Shown here: positions 45,795-56,111 of the stretch, one piece after another
Position numbering within the stretch: the stretch's first letter is position 1
Layout of the letters: each line of letters starts with the position of its first letter
Assembly: GCA_050250895.1 (NCBI GenBank)
Contig: JBFWNU010000003.1
Coordinates: forward strand, 64,001 to 128,000
DNA: 64,000 bases
Source of the DNA: Vulcanimicrobiota bacterium
GTDB taxonomy: Bacteria > Vulcanimicrobiota > Xenobia > Xenobiales > JADMJV01
Direction of reading: 5' to 3'
Translations under genes and position numbers: made by a program
The notes under the pieces: generated by a model
The model's database searches: none
Told to the model about the DNA's origin: nothing
The model's input: only the letters and a program-made list of their open reading frames with translations

Positions 45795-47054
45795 ATGCAA
45801 ATCGCTCAGGTCAAGACCGGCTTCCCGCCGCTTCGGAGGGCAGCCACCTCCGACCAACCCTCACTCACCATCGAACAGGCTACCGACGTCTTGCTGGGTG
45901 GCGCATACAGAAATGCCGCCCAGCAAGCGCTCTCTCAAATCAGCCGGGCCCAACTGCCCCATGTGCCTAAAGAAGGCGAACGGCTGTGGACCCTGGCCGA
46001 TGGGCGGACCCTCGCCCTGCGCACCGACTTTCGCACCGTCACCGCCACGGATCTCGAGACGGGTAAGGAGCTCTGGGCTCACCATGAGTTTCCTGAAAGC
46101 CTGGGCGGGCTCCGGCCCTTGCGCCCCGACCGCGGTGGCAAGACCCTCGCTTTGACGGACGCTCACCACGGCGTGGCCTTGATCGACGGCGCCACCGGTC
46201 GGGTCAAGAGCCGCATCGAACCGCCCTTGAAAGGCTTCATCACGGCCTCTGAGTTCACCAAAGAGGGGCTGCTGCTGGTGGGCGTGCAACCCAGTCTGCC
46301 CAGTGGCTCAAAGCCGCTGACGCGAATCTTTGCCTACCCGGAAGGCGCCAGCGAGCCGGCCTGGTCGCTCGACCTCGAGCGCAGCGGCATCAACAACGCC
46401 GTCCCCTCTCCCGACGGAAAGAGGCTCTACTTCTCGGCTCACAACGAGTTCAAGATGCACGCTCTGGACCTTGAGAAGGGCGAGATCGTGTGGTCCAAGC
46501 CGCTGGCTCACCACTCGGATCCGGCCGTGGCCCGCGACGGCTCGGTGATTCTCGAGGGCGTGGCCTATGACCCCGAGACGCACCAGCCGCGCTGGAAGGT
46601 CGAAGGCGAGTTTGCTTCCACCCCCATCGAGGATGCTCAGGGTCAGCTCTATTTTGGGGTTGGCGGTCAATTGCAGTGCCGTCGTGAGGATGGCGCTGTG
46701 CTGTGGTCTACCCACGCTTCGGGCAAGAAGTGGAGATTTCCGCCGGTGATCAAGGATGACGCGGTTTTCGCCATGTCGGCCTCTGACCAGGGCACTCAGT
46801 TGCACGTGCTCAATCGCCTGACGGGGGAAGAACTGGCGGTTTCCGAGCCGCTCGGTGATGTGAGCCGGGGCTTCTTCCAGGCCGGCGACCGCGTCTATCT
46901 CGGACTCAAGCAGGGTTATGCCAGCATGGACCTTCCCACCTACACGCTGGCCGCCCTGGCCAGTCAGGCCGCCGAAAAGAACCGGCCGGCCGAGATTGTG
47001 ATCGGCGAAGACAAGCTGTCGGTGGGCGGCTTCGAACTCGACATCCTCGACTAG
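45795..47054 (+). CDS. PQQ-like beta-propeller protein with the shared C-terminal tag
   Basis: Repeated D..TG..LW and ALD..KG...W blades; ends IVIGEDKLSVGGFELDILD. Confidence 0.8.
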   Translation: MQIAQVKTGFPPLRRAATSDQPSLTIEQATDVLLGGAYRNAAQQALSQISRAQLPHVPKEGERLWTLADGRTLALRTDFRTVTATDLETGKELWAHHEFPESLGGLRPLRPDRGGKTLALTDAHHGVALIDGATGRVKSRIEPPLKGFITASEFTKEGLLLVGVQPSLPSGSKPLTRIFAYPEGASEPAWSLDLERSGINNAVPSPDGKRLYFSAHNEFKMHALDLEKGEIVWSKPLAHHSDPAVARDGSVILEGVAYDPETHQPRWKVEGEFASTPIEDAQGQLYFGVGGQLQCRREDGAVLWSTHASGKKWRFPPVIKDDAVFAMSASDQGTQLHVLNRLTGEELAVSEPLGDVSRGFFQAGDRVYLGLKQGYASMDLPTYTLAALASQAAEKNRPAEIVIGEDKLSVGGFELDILD

Positions 47055-47057
47055 GGC

Positions 47058-47930
47058 CTAAGGCTTCGGCAGCATCTTCTCGCAAAAGCCGCACATCTGG
47101 GCTTGAGGCGGGACCGAGCGCTTGCAATCGGGACAGGTGCGCCCCTCGACCACGCGCAGATGGGTGGCCCGTCGCTTCTTACGAGGCTTTGGTGGCACGA
47201 TTCGGCTGGACTGGCCGTGGAAGAGCGGATGAGCGTCGAGCGCTCCGCTTTGCTGCAGCTGGTGCAGTCGGTAGGCTTCATAGAAGAGCAACAGTCCGAT
47301 CAAAAGCGTTCCCCCCAGCACCATCATCACCAGTCCGGCCAGACAGGAGAAGCCGATGGTGAACCGGGCCGTCTTGTCACGATGGAAGCCCAACAAGAGC
47401 AAAGTGCAGACCAGGATTTTGCCCCCGTCCATCGGGTAGGCCGGCACGAACACGTTGAAGAGGAAGAGCTGAATCTGGATTTTGGCGATGCCGATCAGGG
47501 CCCAGGGCCAGAATTCGGACGGCATGCCGGTCCAGAACGGGGAAAAGTATTGCCAGTCGAAGGGCGCCCCGAGAGCCACCGCTCCGCCGATACAGGCCAA
47601 CGTGATGGGAATGTGCACGGCCGGGCCGGCGGCCGAGATTTTTATCTGGTCGCGCAGGTCGCCGCGGTGGCGAACATAGGCCAGCCCTCCCAGAGGCCAC
47701 AGTAGAATCCGGTCGGCGTGCCCTCCCAGCGCCCGAGTCATGAAGGCGTGGCCGAACTCGTGGAGCAAAACCGATAGGAACAAGGCGCCAGCAAAGATCG
47801 CGCTCAGCTCAAAGTGAGCGGGCTCGCTGAACAGGTAGTAGGCTTCGACGATCAGGAGGGTCCAGTGGGCCCGAACCGGGATGCCGCGGAAGGTGAAAAG
47901 GTGGAAGCTCCACCCGAGCGCTTTGTCCAT
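47058..47930 (-). CDS. M50 site-2 protease with C-terminal zinc ribbon
   Basis: HEFGH, AAGP, FN...PAYPMDGG and CPDC..CGFC. Confidence 0.9.
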   Translation of the reverse strand: MDKALGWSFHLFTFRGIPVRAHWTLLIVEAYYLFSEPAHFELSAIFAGALFLSVLLHEFGHAFMTRALGGHADRILLWPLGGLAYVRHRGDLRDQIKISAAGPAVHIPITLACIGGAVALGAPFDWQYFSPFWTGMPSEFWPWALIGIAKIQIQLFLFNVFVPAYPMDGGKILVCTLLLLGFHRDKTARFTIGFSCLAGLVMMVLGGTLLIGLLLFYEAYRLHQLQQSGALDAHPLFHGQSSRIVPPKPRKKRRATHLRVVEGRTCPDCKRSVPPQAQMCGFCEKMLPKP

Positions 47931-48075
47931 GGGCTCCAGTTTAAACCGACTGGACCCAATAGCGCAACGCTCTAACTCTCCTCAAACTATTCTCTAACGC
48001 CAGTGTGGCTTCGGACGTGTTAGTTTCGAGGGTGAATCGGGGTAAGCCCCATGAAACATTTCCAGGAGGTCGCTC

Positions 48076-50016
48076 ATGAGCGCGGTTGAAACTTTCGAAT
48101 TCCAGGCTGAGGCCAAACAGCTTCTCGATCTGATGATCCACTCGGTCTATTCCGAGAAGGACGTTTTTCTCAGAGAACTCATCTCGAACGCCTCGGATGC
48201 CCTCGACAAGCTGCGACTCGAGGCCCTGCTCAACAAAGACCTCGACATCGACACCTCCGACCTGCACATCTTCTTGTCGGTGGACCCCGAAAAGCGCACC
48301 CTGTCGATTTCCGACAACGGCATCGGTATGTCGCGGGAAGATGTGGTCGGCCTCATCGGCACCATCGCCAAGTCGGGCACCCGCGAGTTCTTGCACAACC
48401 TCAAAGCAGGCGACAAAAAGGATGTCACGGCCGAGCTGATCGGCCAGTTCGGAGTCGGTTTCTACTCGAGCTTTATGGTGGCCGACAAGGTCGAACTCGT
48501 GACCAGGAAGCCGGGCGCCGATGAGGCCATTCACTGGCTGTCCGAAGGGGACGGCACCTACACCATCGAGCCGGCCGAGCGCGACGCTCACGGCACCACC
48601 GTGACCCTCCACCTCAAGCCCGAAGATAGCGAAGACGGTCTGCACGACTACACCAAGACCTGGCAGCTGCGCCAGCTGGTCAAGCGCTACTCGGACTTCA
48701 TCAACTATCCCATCCGCATGGATGTGGAGCGCACCGAGAGCGAAAAAGACGCCGACGGTAAGCCCATCGAGGGTAAGACCAAAACGGTGGTCGAGACCGA
48801 GACTCTCAACTCGATGAAGGCCCTTTGGGCCCGCAACCAGGACGAGGTCGAACAGGAAGAATACAACCAGTTCTATCGCCACGTCTCGCGCGATTGGAAC
48901 GAGCCCTGGAAAACCATCCACCTCAAGGCCGAAGGCACCTTCGAATACCAGTCGCTACTGTTCTTGCCTACTAAGGCTCCGATGGACATGTTCATGCCCG
49001 ACGCGGACCGCGGCCTGCAGCTCTACGTCAAGCGGGTCTTCATCATGGACAACTGTGAAGAGCTGCTCTCGCCCCATCTGCGCTTCGTCAAAGGCGTGGT
49101 CGACGCGACCGACCTCTCGCTCAACGTCTCGCGCGAGATCCTGCAAAAAGACCGCCGCATCCAACAGATCAAAAAGCGCCTCGAGCGCAAATTACTCGAC
49201 ACTCTCAAGGAGAGCCTCGATGAGGACCGCGAGGGTTACGAGAAGTTCTGGAACGAGTTTGGCAAGGTGCTCAAAGAGGGCCTCTACCACGACCACCAGA
49301 ACCGCGACAAGCTGCTCGAGAGCTGCCTGTTCCGCTCGACCCACGGTGAGGGTTGGACTACTCTGGCCGACTACGTCAGCCGCATGAAAGAGGGCCAGGA
49401 GGCCATTTACTACCTGACCGGCGAGAATCGCGAGGCGGTCGAGAACTCGCCCCACCTCGAGATCTTCAAGTCGAAGGGCTACGAAGTGCTGATTCTCACC
49501 GACTCGGTCGACGAGATCTGGCTGGGCGTGACCCACGAATTCGAAGACAAGAAGCTGCAGTCGGCCGCCCGCGGCGACCTTAACCTGGGTAGCGAGGACG
49601 AGCAGAAAGCCGCCAAAGAAGAGCGCGAGAAGAAGCAGAAAGAGCTGGCCACCTTTATTTCGTGGATGCAGACCAAGCTCGAGGACCAGGTCAAGGAAGT
49701 TCGTCTGACCGACCGTCTGGTCGACTCTCCGGCTTGCCTGGTGGGCGACACTCACGATATGTCGGCTAACCTCGAACGCCTGATGAAGGCGATGGGCCAG
49801 GAGGTTCCCAAGACCAAGCGTATCCTCGAGCTCAACCCCAAGCATCCGCTGGTCGAGAAACTGCACACCGGCTATGAGGACAAGAAAGACCAACCCGAGC
49901 TAGCCCGGGCCGCTCAGCTCGTCTACTCGCTGGCCGTGCTGGCCGAAGGCGGCGAGCTCGACGAGCCCGCCAACTTCAGCAAGCAGGTGGCCGAGTTGCT
50001 GGCTTCGACCCTCTGA
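48076..50016 (+). CDS. htpG: Chaperone HtpG (Hsp90)
   Basis: FLRELISNASDA, DNGIGM, IGQFGVGFYS, LNVSRE and LELNP.H. Confidence 0.97.
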   Translation: MSAVETFEFQAEAKQLLDLMIHSVYSEKDVFLRELISNASDALDKLRLEALLNKDLDIDTSDLHIFLSVDPEKRTLSISDNGIGMSREDVVGLIGTIAKSGTREFLHNLKAGDKKDVTAELIGQFGVGFYSSFMVADKVELVTRKPGADEAIHWLSEGDGTYTIEPAERDAHGTTVTLHLKPEDSEDGLHDYTKTWQLRQLVKRYSDFINYPIRMDVERTESEKDADGKPIEGKTKTVVETETLNSMKALWARNQDEVEQEEYNQFYRHVSRDWNEPWKTIHLKAEGTFEYQSLLFLPTKAPMDMFMPDADRGLQLYVKRVFIMDNCEELLSPHLRFVKGVVDATDLSLNVSREILQKDRRIQQIKKRLERKLLDTLKESLDEDREGYEKFWNEFGKVLKEGLYHDHQNRDKLLESCLFRSTHGEGWTTLADYVSRMKEGQEAIYYLTGENREAVENSPHLEIFKSKGYEVLILTDSVDEIWLGVTHEFEDKKLQSAARGDLNLGSEDEQKAAKEEREKKQKELATFISWMQTKLEDQVKEVRLTDRLVDSPACLVGDTHDMSANLERLMKAMGQEVPKTKRILELNPKHPLVEKLHTGYEDKKDQPELARAAQLVYSLAVLAEGGELDEPANFSKQVAELLASTL

Positions 50017-50610
50017 GAGTCGGAAAAACCGCGGAGGGCCGCGAAGGGCGCGGAGGATCGAGCCATACCGTGATAGAGCAACCTCGCTCCAGCCGTGGTG
50101 CCTATTTAATAGCTGAGGGACGCGGTCGGTGATTCCCATCAGGATCTCGCGACCGCTGAAGAGGCCTTGACGCTGGGGCCGGGCAGGCTGGTATTGGGAG
50201 CCATCCCAACTCCAGACCCAGAAGCCTGGCTCTGGCTTCTCGCCGCGCAGGTTGAAAGCATGATAGGTGAGCAACTGGCGGGGAAAGGTGGCGCCGGTCG
50301 AGAGCCATAACCGGGGCTTGGTGCACTCGTCGCAGTTGCCGCTAAGCGCGAGTGCGCGCTGCTTGCGGTCGCCGCGACGATAAACGGTGAGGTCGCAGTA
50401 ACGATGATTGCCACCGCCGCACCCGAGCACGATCAGGTCCAGTTGGTCGGGCTCGACGAGGGCGCACCGGATTTCTCGCTCGGCCCACTGCCAGCTCTTG
50501 CGCGCTTGTAGTTCGCCAAGCTCGCGCAGCGGGCGCCAGCCGGGGCCGGGTACCGACATCGCCAGAGCCAGCGGTAGCGGTAGTAAAACGAGCAGCCATC
50601 TCTCCTTCAC
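49900..50610 (-). CDS. Hypothetical exported protein
   Basis: GTG start 6 nt after TACTCT and an N-terminal hydrophobic helix. The 3' end overlaps htpG by 117 nt. Confidence 0.45.
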   Translation of the reverse strand: MKERWLLVLLPLPLALAMSVPGPGWRPLRELGELQARKSWQWAEREIRCALVEPDQLDLIVLGCGGGNHRYCDLTVYRRGDRKQRALALSGNCDECTKPRLWLSTGATFPRQLLTYHAFNLRGEKPEPGFWVWSWDGSQYQPARPQRQGLFSGREILMGITDRVPQLLNRHHGWSEVALSRYGSILRALRGPPRFFRLSEGRSQQLGHLLAEVGGLVELAAFGQHGQRVDELSGPG

Positions 50611-50689
50611 TCGGTCAGAGTAGCAGGGCAATGTGTCACAGTCGTGTCGAGGCGGGGACCGCCAGGACGCTCACCCCACGCGACCCACA

Positions 50690-51030
50690 ACCCTCTCCGT
50701 GCCCTCCCTATCTCCGCGGTTTATTTCTCAGGCGCCCCACTGGCGAGCCACAAGCACGCAAGCACGGAAGAGCAAACTCGCCCGAGTACGGCACCAACGG
50801 CCGGCGGCGTCTTGAACTACGGAAATACCAACGGTCCATCGACTTGCGCGAACCAGAGCCTGGCAAGATGCCAGGCACTAGTGTTTTCCTCACCCGGGCA
50901 CACCCGCCCGAGGGAGAGGCCAGGCTCCAGCCAAGCGGGCTCACCCCATGAATTCGCCAGGACTCCCACCTTTCAGTTCCTCCCGTCCTCTCCACGACCT
51001 CCGTGGTCCTCCTTTGGATCTCCGCGTTAA
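50690..51030. repeat. Mosaic of REP-like elements
   Basis: Two CTCCGTG..CTCC..ATCTCCGCG.TT motifs, a GCCTGGCAAGATGCCAGGC hairpin, and a 16-nt match to the 71-bp array arm at 50781-50796. Confidence 0.5.
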
Positions 51031-51176
51031 ACCCTAGCAAGCGCCCACCTCCGCGTCTGAAGTTAGCAAACTCGCAACATGCAAGCTCAGCAAACGAGCT
51101 AAGCTCGGCTCAGGAGGCCCGCAATGTCTAGTTCAGGCTATGGGGTCGGCCGAGCCATCCACGCCCAGGGGGAGTC

Positions 51177-51815
51177 ATGCGCATAGCCGGCTCACCCCCA
51201 ATTCGTCTGGCCCGCACGAGGACCGAGCCGACTGCTCGGGACGTGCTGCTGCCGCCCTGCCCGGAGAAGCCCGAGGACCTGCCGCTGCTCACGCGCCACG
51301 GCGTGGGCCTCACCGTGGCCGGGACGATGGCCACCTCGATCGGCACCGCGATCGGCGCCTCCTTTGCCGATGGTGGACTGGCTGGCCGGGCGATGGGGCT
51401 CACCTTTGGAGCCATTGCGGGAATGTCGGCCGGGTTCTTCGCGGCCGACCTGACGATGGGTCTGGCCTCGAAGGTCAGCGGGCATCAATTTTCGCCCACG
51501 GCCATCAAGATCGCCAGGGGAGTGGGCATGGCCGGGTGTCTGGCCGCGGGCTGGGCCCTGGCGGGAAAGAGGCTGCCCGACGAGTTCGTGCTCGGGCCAA
51601 TGGTGCCGGGAGTGTTCCTCGGCATGTTCACCGGAATCGGGCTGGCTTTCCGCTACGTCGACCCCATCATCGAGCGACACCGCCAGGCGGTGAGGCAGTA
51701 CGAAGAGGACCTGACCAGCTACAATCGGGCGGTGGCAGAATTGGAGACGGGTGTCGCCCTCAAAGAAACCGACGACTATGTCGAGGTGGGAGACATCACG
51801 CTCGATAAAGCCTAG
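51177..51815 (+). CDS. Glycine-zipper membrane protein with MRI start and the shared C-terminal tag
   Basis: About four hydrophobic helices and a coiled coil; ends LKETDDYVEVGDITLDKA. Confidence 0.75.
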   Translation: MRIAGSPPIRLARTRTEPTARDVLLPPCPEKPEDLPLLTRHGVGLTVAGTMATSIGTAIGASFADGGLAGRAMGLTFGAIAGMSAGFFAADLTMGLASKVSGHQFSPTAIKIARGVGMAGCLAAGWALAGKRLPDEFVLGPMVPGVFLGMFTGIGLAFRYVDPIIERHRQAVRQYEEDLTSYNRAVAELETGVALKETDDYVEVGDITLDKA

Positions 51816-54800
51816 TCTTGCTGGCGCGTGAGCGTGAAGTCGCCTACCGTGACCTGCTCGGCGTCCATCTCGAGCGACAGGTCCTTCTGGTTTTGAACCG
51901 CCTCGAACATCGCGATCACTTCGGTCACCGCTTCCAGTTCGGCTGACAGTGAGCGCCCGCTGGCAACCCGTTCACCGATGGCTTGATAAAGGGAGGCCTG
52001 GTCAGGCGTGCTGACTGCCAGCCAGCCCAGAATGGCCGTGGCCGCCTCGGCGCTCTGGTCGCGGTTGGCAAACCCAAGACCCAGCTTGAGAAATTCGCTA
52101 GGGCGGGTCGGTTGAGCGTCGCTGGCCAGAGCCTGCTCGGCCAGATCCAGCTGACCGGCTTCGGCAAAGCGAGCGGCCAGTTCTCCCGTCCATTTCTTTT
52201 CGGGCGACTGGCTGGCGCTGCGACAGGCCACCGCCATCACCAGGCCGCGGGCCTGATTGTGTTGATAGGCCCGCCGCAGTTGGGCGGCTTCGCGCAGCAC
52301 GCCGTTGTAGAAGTCGCCTGGTTGGGCGTCGGGGTCGGCCACGGCTCGCCGCAACACGATCTCTTCCACGGTGGGGTCGTGCAATTGCTGCCTCAGGGCG
52401 TTGGCCAATCCGGCCAGAGGCTTCTTGCAGTCGGCCAGGATCCGTTCAAGAATGCCCAGAGAAAGCTGGCCCTGCAGCTCTTTGCCGAGCTCTTCGACCG
52501 TGCGGGGTTGCTCGAGCAAGGCGCGGGCGATGAGTCGGCGCTCGCCGGCATCGGTTTCCGGTGTTACGAGCTTTTCGAGGACCGGCAGTTGGGCCGGGGC
52601 GTGCGTGCGCAGCGCCTTTTCGAGCAGAGCGGCTTGCTGGGGACGATAGGTGTAAGAGCGTGACCGTCCCAGGATTTCGTCGTCGGTGGCTAGCGCCGCT
52701 TCGAGGGCCGTGGCCGTGGGGTTGCCCGCTGCCTGGGCCAAGACTGCCGCCGTGGTCAGCTCGTCGCCGCCCTGGGCCAGTTCTAGCACGGCCGGCAAGG
52801 TGGCCTGGTAGGGCGGGTTTTGCGACAGCTCGGTGAGTAGTCCGAGCAAAGCGGGTGTTTCGGCGCCGGGAGCCACCTGCTGGATGAACGCGGCCAGCCG
52901 CTCGGGAGTCGACAGGTCGGGGTTGCGCAGCATCAGCTCCAGAGCCAGCTTGCTCGAGCCCCCCAGGGTGTCTTTGAGTTGCTTGGCCCGGGCCACGGTC
53001 TCGGGATGACTCGGTTGCAGCAGTTCGAGGGCCGACAGATAGACCTTCGAGACCTCCTGGTCGTATTTGTAGGAATAGCGGAACCCTTGAACCTTGCCAC
53101 CGGTGGCCAGGGCCAACTGCTGTGGGGTCTGGGTGGGATGTTCAAAAACGGACTCGTAGATGGCCTTCTGGACCGTTTCGTTGTCGCTGGCCCCGTCCAG
53201 TTGCCTGGCCGCTTGCACCAGCTGACATCCCTTGGCCTCGAGAGCCCCGGCCAGTCGGCGGGTTTTGTCCAGGCTCAACGAGGAGTTGGCGAAGTTGGCG
53301 AAGGCGGCCACCTGCTCGGCGGTGTCAAGCTGGGGCTGGCTGATCAGGCGCTCGAGCAGTGAGGGGGTCACCTCCGTTTCGAGCAAGTCGGCCATGGCCA
53401 CCGCCTGACCGTAGGTTTGAGTGGGAGCCTGAGTCAGGGCCTCTCGCATCACCGCACTCACCGCCGGGTCATACTTGTAGGAATAGCGAAGTTGAGACAG
53501 GCTGCGTCGCACGCGGCCGGCCAGTTCGAGGGCATCGGCGGTGGGGGCGAGCAGGGCGTTCTCGCGGATCGCTCCGGCCACCGTATTGTCGGCGGCGACC
53601 TGGATGTATCTGTCGGCAACCTCCAGGGTGGGGCGGTGGACCGTATCTTGCCGGAGCAATTCGATCATCCCCAGCCGAGCTCTGTCGTAGGATGTGCTGT
53701 TGACCACGGTGCGGGCCAACTCGCGCCGGCCCTCGGGGCTGTCGGGCACCGGCTGTTTCAGCAGATGCTTGACCAGCGGTAGCTCGTTGCTGGGTTCGGC
53801 CGGGTCGCCCAGGGCTTGGAGCAAGGTCAGGTTGTAAGCGAAGCCAGGCTCGTTCTGGCGGGCTTGCAGGCAGTCGCGCAGAATCTTTGCCACCTCGGGA
53901 TCGTGCCTGTAGGCGTAACGCCAGCCTGACACTTCCTCGGCCGTTTTCGTGCCCAGCTCGGTCCTGGACAGTTTGGGATGGGCGAAAGCCTGGTTGTAGA
54001 CGGCCCGGGCGATGCCCGGCGCGGTGGCGGCCAGTTGGCGGGCCTCGGTCATGGTCTGGTTGTAGTCGGGGTTGCGTCCCAGAATGCCGGCTAACCGTTC
54101 GGCTAGATCGACCTGTGAGCTGTGCGAGGTCAACTGCCGGGCGATGTTCAGCCAGTCTACCTTCGGGTCGCCCAGGAGCATGCGGTGGAAGACCACTCGG
54201 GTCGAATCATCGAGAAGGCCCTCGAGCTCGGCAATCGGTCCGTCGCGTCCCTCGAGTTCGAGAGCCGATTTCAGCAGGCGAGCACGGGAAGGGTCGTGCT
54301 GGTAGGCGTGGCGCATCTGGCCGACCTCCGACTCTGCCTTTTGGGCCAGAACGCCGGGGGAGGCCTCGGGGTTTTTGAGCGCCTGGCGGGTTAGCGCCAG
54401 CCGGGTCGTGGCATCGCAATCCTTACTCAGACTGGCCACCCTTTGGGGCAGCTCGGCCAGGCCGGCCCTGGCGGCGACTCCTTCAAGAATACGGTCGGCG
54501 TTGCTCTGGGTGACCGAGTCGGCCAGCTCTCGAGCCAGGCTTAGATAACCTTTGGGCGTGTCGGGACGGTCCGTCTGCAGTAGCTGCTTATAGACGGTCA
54601 GCCGTTCAGCCGAGTCGCTGGCCGGGTCAAGCCATCGGGCTACCTCGGCGCTCAGGCCGCCGGTGAGGTTGCAGGCCGTTTCGAGCAGTTCGGCGCGGGC
54701 ATCGATCCATTGATAGGCGTGGCGCAACCCCTGCATCGCTTCTTCGGTGCGCATGGCCTGATGGCGAGGCTCGGCCGTGGGATAGCGCCGCAGGGCGGCG

Positions 54801-56023
54801 GCCAGTTTTTCGCGCAGAGTGGCATCTTTTGCCACCTCGAAGAACTTCTCGAGGTGGGGCCCGCCGCTGGCCATCAAGGCCGAACAGGTCATCTTGACCG
54901 CGTCCTCGCCACGCAACCCGTCAGCCAACTCGAGCGCCTTGTCGGGGGCGGCCAGTTCGGGCTTTTCCAGCAGCAGAGCGGCCATCGTGACTTTGCCTTC
55001 AGGGCTCAGTTTGGCAGCGTTGTAGAGCTGGCAGGCCTGCTCGTAGGTGGCTTCGTTAGCCAAACTTTGCATGGCGCGGTCGGCAATTTTCTGGTAGGCC
55101 GCGCTTCCGTCTCCGGCGCGCAGGGCTCGCGCCACTACCCCGGCTTTAGCCTCGGGCGAAGAATGGCTGCGGGCCACCAGGGCCTCGTTGAGTAACTGGG
55201 TCCGAGCGCGTTCCCCGTCGAGTCCCTCGACCAGATGGGTGGCGAATCCGGCCATGGGTGCGTAGCTGGGATGGACAGCCAGCACAGGCACCACCTCGGG
55301 TGAGGCCTTCCCGTCTAGAGTGCCTTTGTCCAGCGCGAAAGCCTGTTGGGCCAACTCGAGCGAGCCTGCCTCACGAAGTCTTGCAAACGTCTGCAGATCG
55401 TCCGCCTGGAAGTCGCTGGCCCTGGCCAAAAGCCAGGGCTCGTCCTGGTGGCCGATCCAGCTCTTCGCCTGGCCGTGATTGGCCAGCACGTAGGCGCCCA
55501 CCGGCTGTTTGTTCTCTTCAAAAAAGCTGTATCCGCCGTTCTCGAGGCCGGCCAGGGGGTGGCTGCCCGCATAGAAGGCATCCACTCGCTGCAACTGCTC
55601 GGGGCTCGAGATGGCCAGCAGCGTGCCACGGCGGGCCAGGGTCAACTCGCTCAGGCCGTGGGCCGCATCGGTCAGCGTGTTGTAGGCCCCGTAGAGACCC
55701 ACTTCTACCTGTTGGCCCTCGAAGGTGGCCAGGAAGCGAAATTCTCGCGAGGCCAGATCGTGCAGTTGACTGGCCAGGCTTTTGTGGCTGGAGTTGCCGG
55801 CCAGGTCCTTGACTTCGCCCAGATCTTCCGGACTGCGCAGGGGTAGACGCACAGCGGCGTCGGCCGGTTGCACGCGCAGGCGGTCGGTCTGGGGATGTGA
55901 GCCGAGATACTCCTCGACCTGGGAGGGGGTGACTTCCTTATAGGCATCCATCAGCAAGGGCACGTAGAAGCGCCGCTTCTGGAAGTAGTGAACCTGTCCC
56001 GGCCCGTCTGGGTTGATCCTCAC
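51812..56023 (-). CDS. Giant helical repeat protein (1403 aa) with the shared C-terminal tag
   Basis: Seven ~130-145-aa repeats marked by R[HY][AS]Yx[HY]; ends LEMDAEQVTVGDFTLTRQQD. Confidence 0.85.
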   Translation of the reverse strand: MRINPDGPGQVHYFQKRRFYVPLLMDAYKEVTPSQVEEYLGSHPQTDRLRVQPADAAVRLPLRSPEDLGEVKDLAGNSSHKSLASQLHDLASREFRFLATFEGQQVEVGLYGAYNTLTDAAHGLSELTLARRGTLLAISSPEQLQRVDAFYAGSHPLAGLENGGYSFFEENKQPVGAYVLANHGQAKSWIGHQDEPWLLARASDFQADDLQTFARLREAGSLELAQQAFALDKGTLDGKASPEVVPVLAVHPSYAPMAGFATHLVEGLDGERARTQLLNEALVARSHSSPEAKAGVVARALRAGDGSAAYQKIADRAMQSLANEATYEQACQLYNAAKLSPEGKVTMAALLLEKPELAAPDKALELADGLRGEDAVKMTCSALMASGGPHLEKFFEVAKDATLREKLAAALRRYPTAEPRHQAMRTEEAMQGLRHAYQWIDARAELLETACNLTGGLSAEVARWLDPASDSAERLTVYKQLLQTDRPDTPKGYLSLARELADSVTQSNADRILEGVAARAGLAELPQRVASLSKDCDATTRLALTRQALKNPEASPGVLAQKAESEVGQMRHAYQHDPSRARLLKSALELEGRDGPIAELEGLLDDSTRVVFHRMLLGDPKVDWLNIARQLTSHSSQVDLAERLAGILGRNPDYNQTMTEARQLAATAPGIARAVYNQAFAHPKLSRTELGTKTAEEVSGWRYAYRHDPEVAKILRDCLQARQNEPGFAYNLTLLQALGDPAEPSNELPLVKHLLKQPVPDSPEGRRELARTVVNSTSYDRARLGMIELLRQDTVHRPTLEVADRYIQVAADNTVAGAIRENALLAPTADALELAGRVRRSLSQLRYSYKYDPAVSAVMREALTQAPTQTYGQAVAMADLLETEVTPSLLERLISQPQLDTAEQVAAFANFANSSLSLDKTRRLAGALEAKGCQLVQAARQLDGASDNETVQKAIYESVFEHPTQTPQQLALATGGKVQGFRYSYKYDQEVSKVYLSALELLQPSHPETVARAKQLKDTLGGSSKLALELMLRNPDLSTPERLAAFIQQVAPGAETPALLGLLTELSQNPPYQATLPAVLELAQGGDELTTAAVLAQAAGNPTATALEAALATDDEILGRSRSYTYRPQQAALLEKALRTHAPAQLPVLEKLVTPETDAGERRLIARALLEQPRTVEELGKELQGQLSLGILERILADCKKPLAGLANALRQQLHDPTVEEIVLRRAVADPDAQPGDFYNGVLREAAQLRRAYQHNQARGLVMAVACRSASQSPEKKWTGELAARFAEAGQLDLAEQALASDAQPTRPSEFLKLGLGFANRDQSAEAATAILGWLAVSTPDQASLYQAIGERVASGRSLSAELEAVTEVIAMFEAVQNQKDLSLEMDAEQVTVGDFTLTRQQD

Positions 56024-56063
56024 CAGTCTAACCTAGACCAGGCGACTGAAAATGTCATGAACG

Positions 56064-56088
56064 AAAAAGGCTCCCCTGAGGGAGCCCT
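56064..56088 (-). terminator. Intrinsic terminator
   Basis: GGCTCCC-CTGA-GGGAGCC with an A5 tract on the left. Confidence 0.7.
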
Positions 56089-56111
56089 TGCCTTGTCGAC
56101 GCGGTTTTGCG

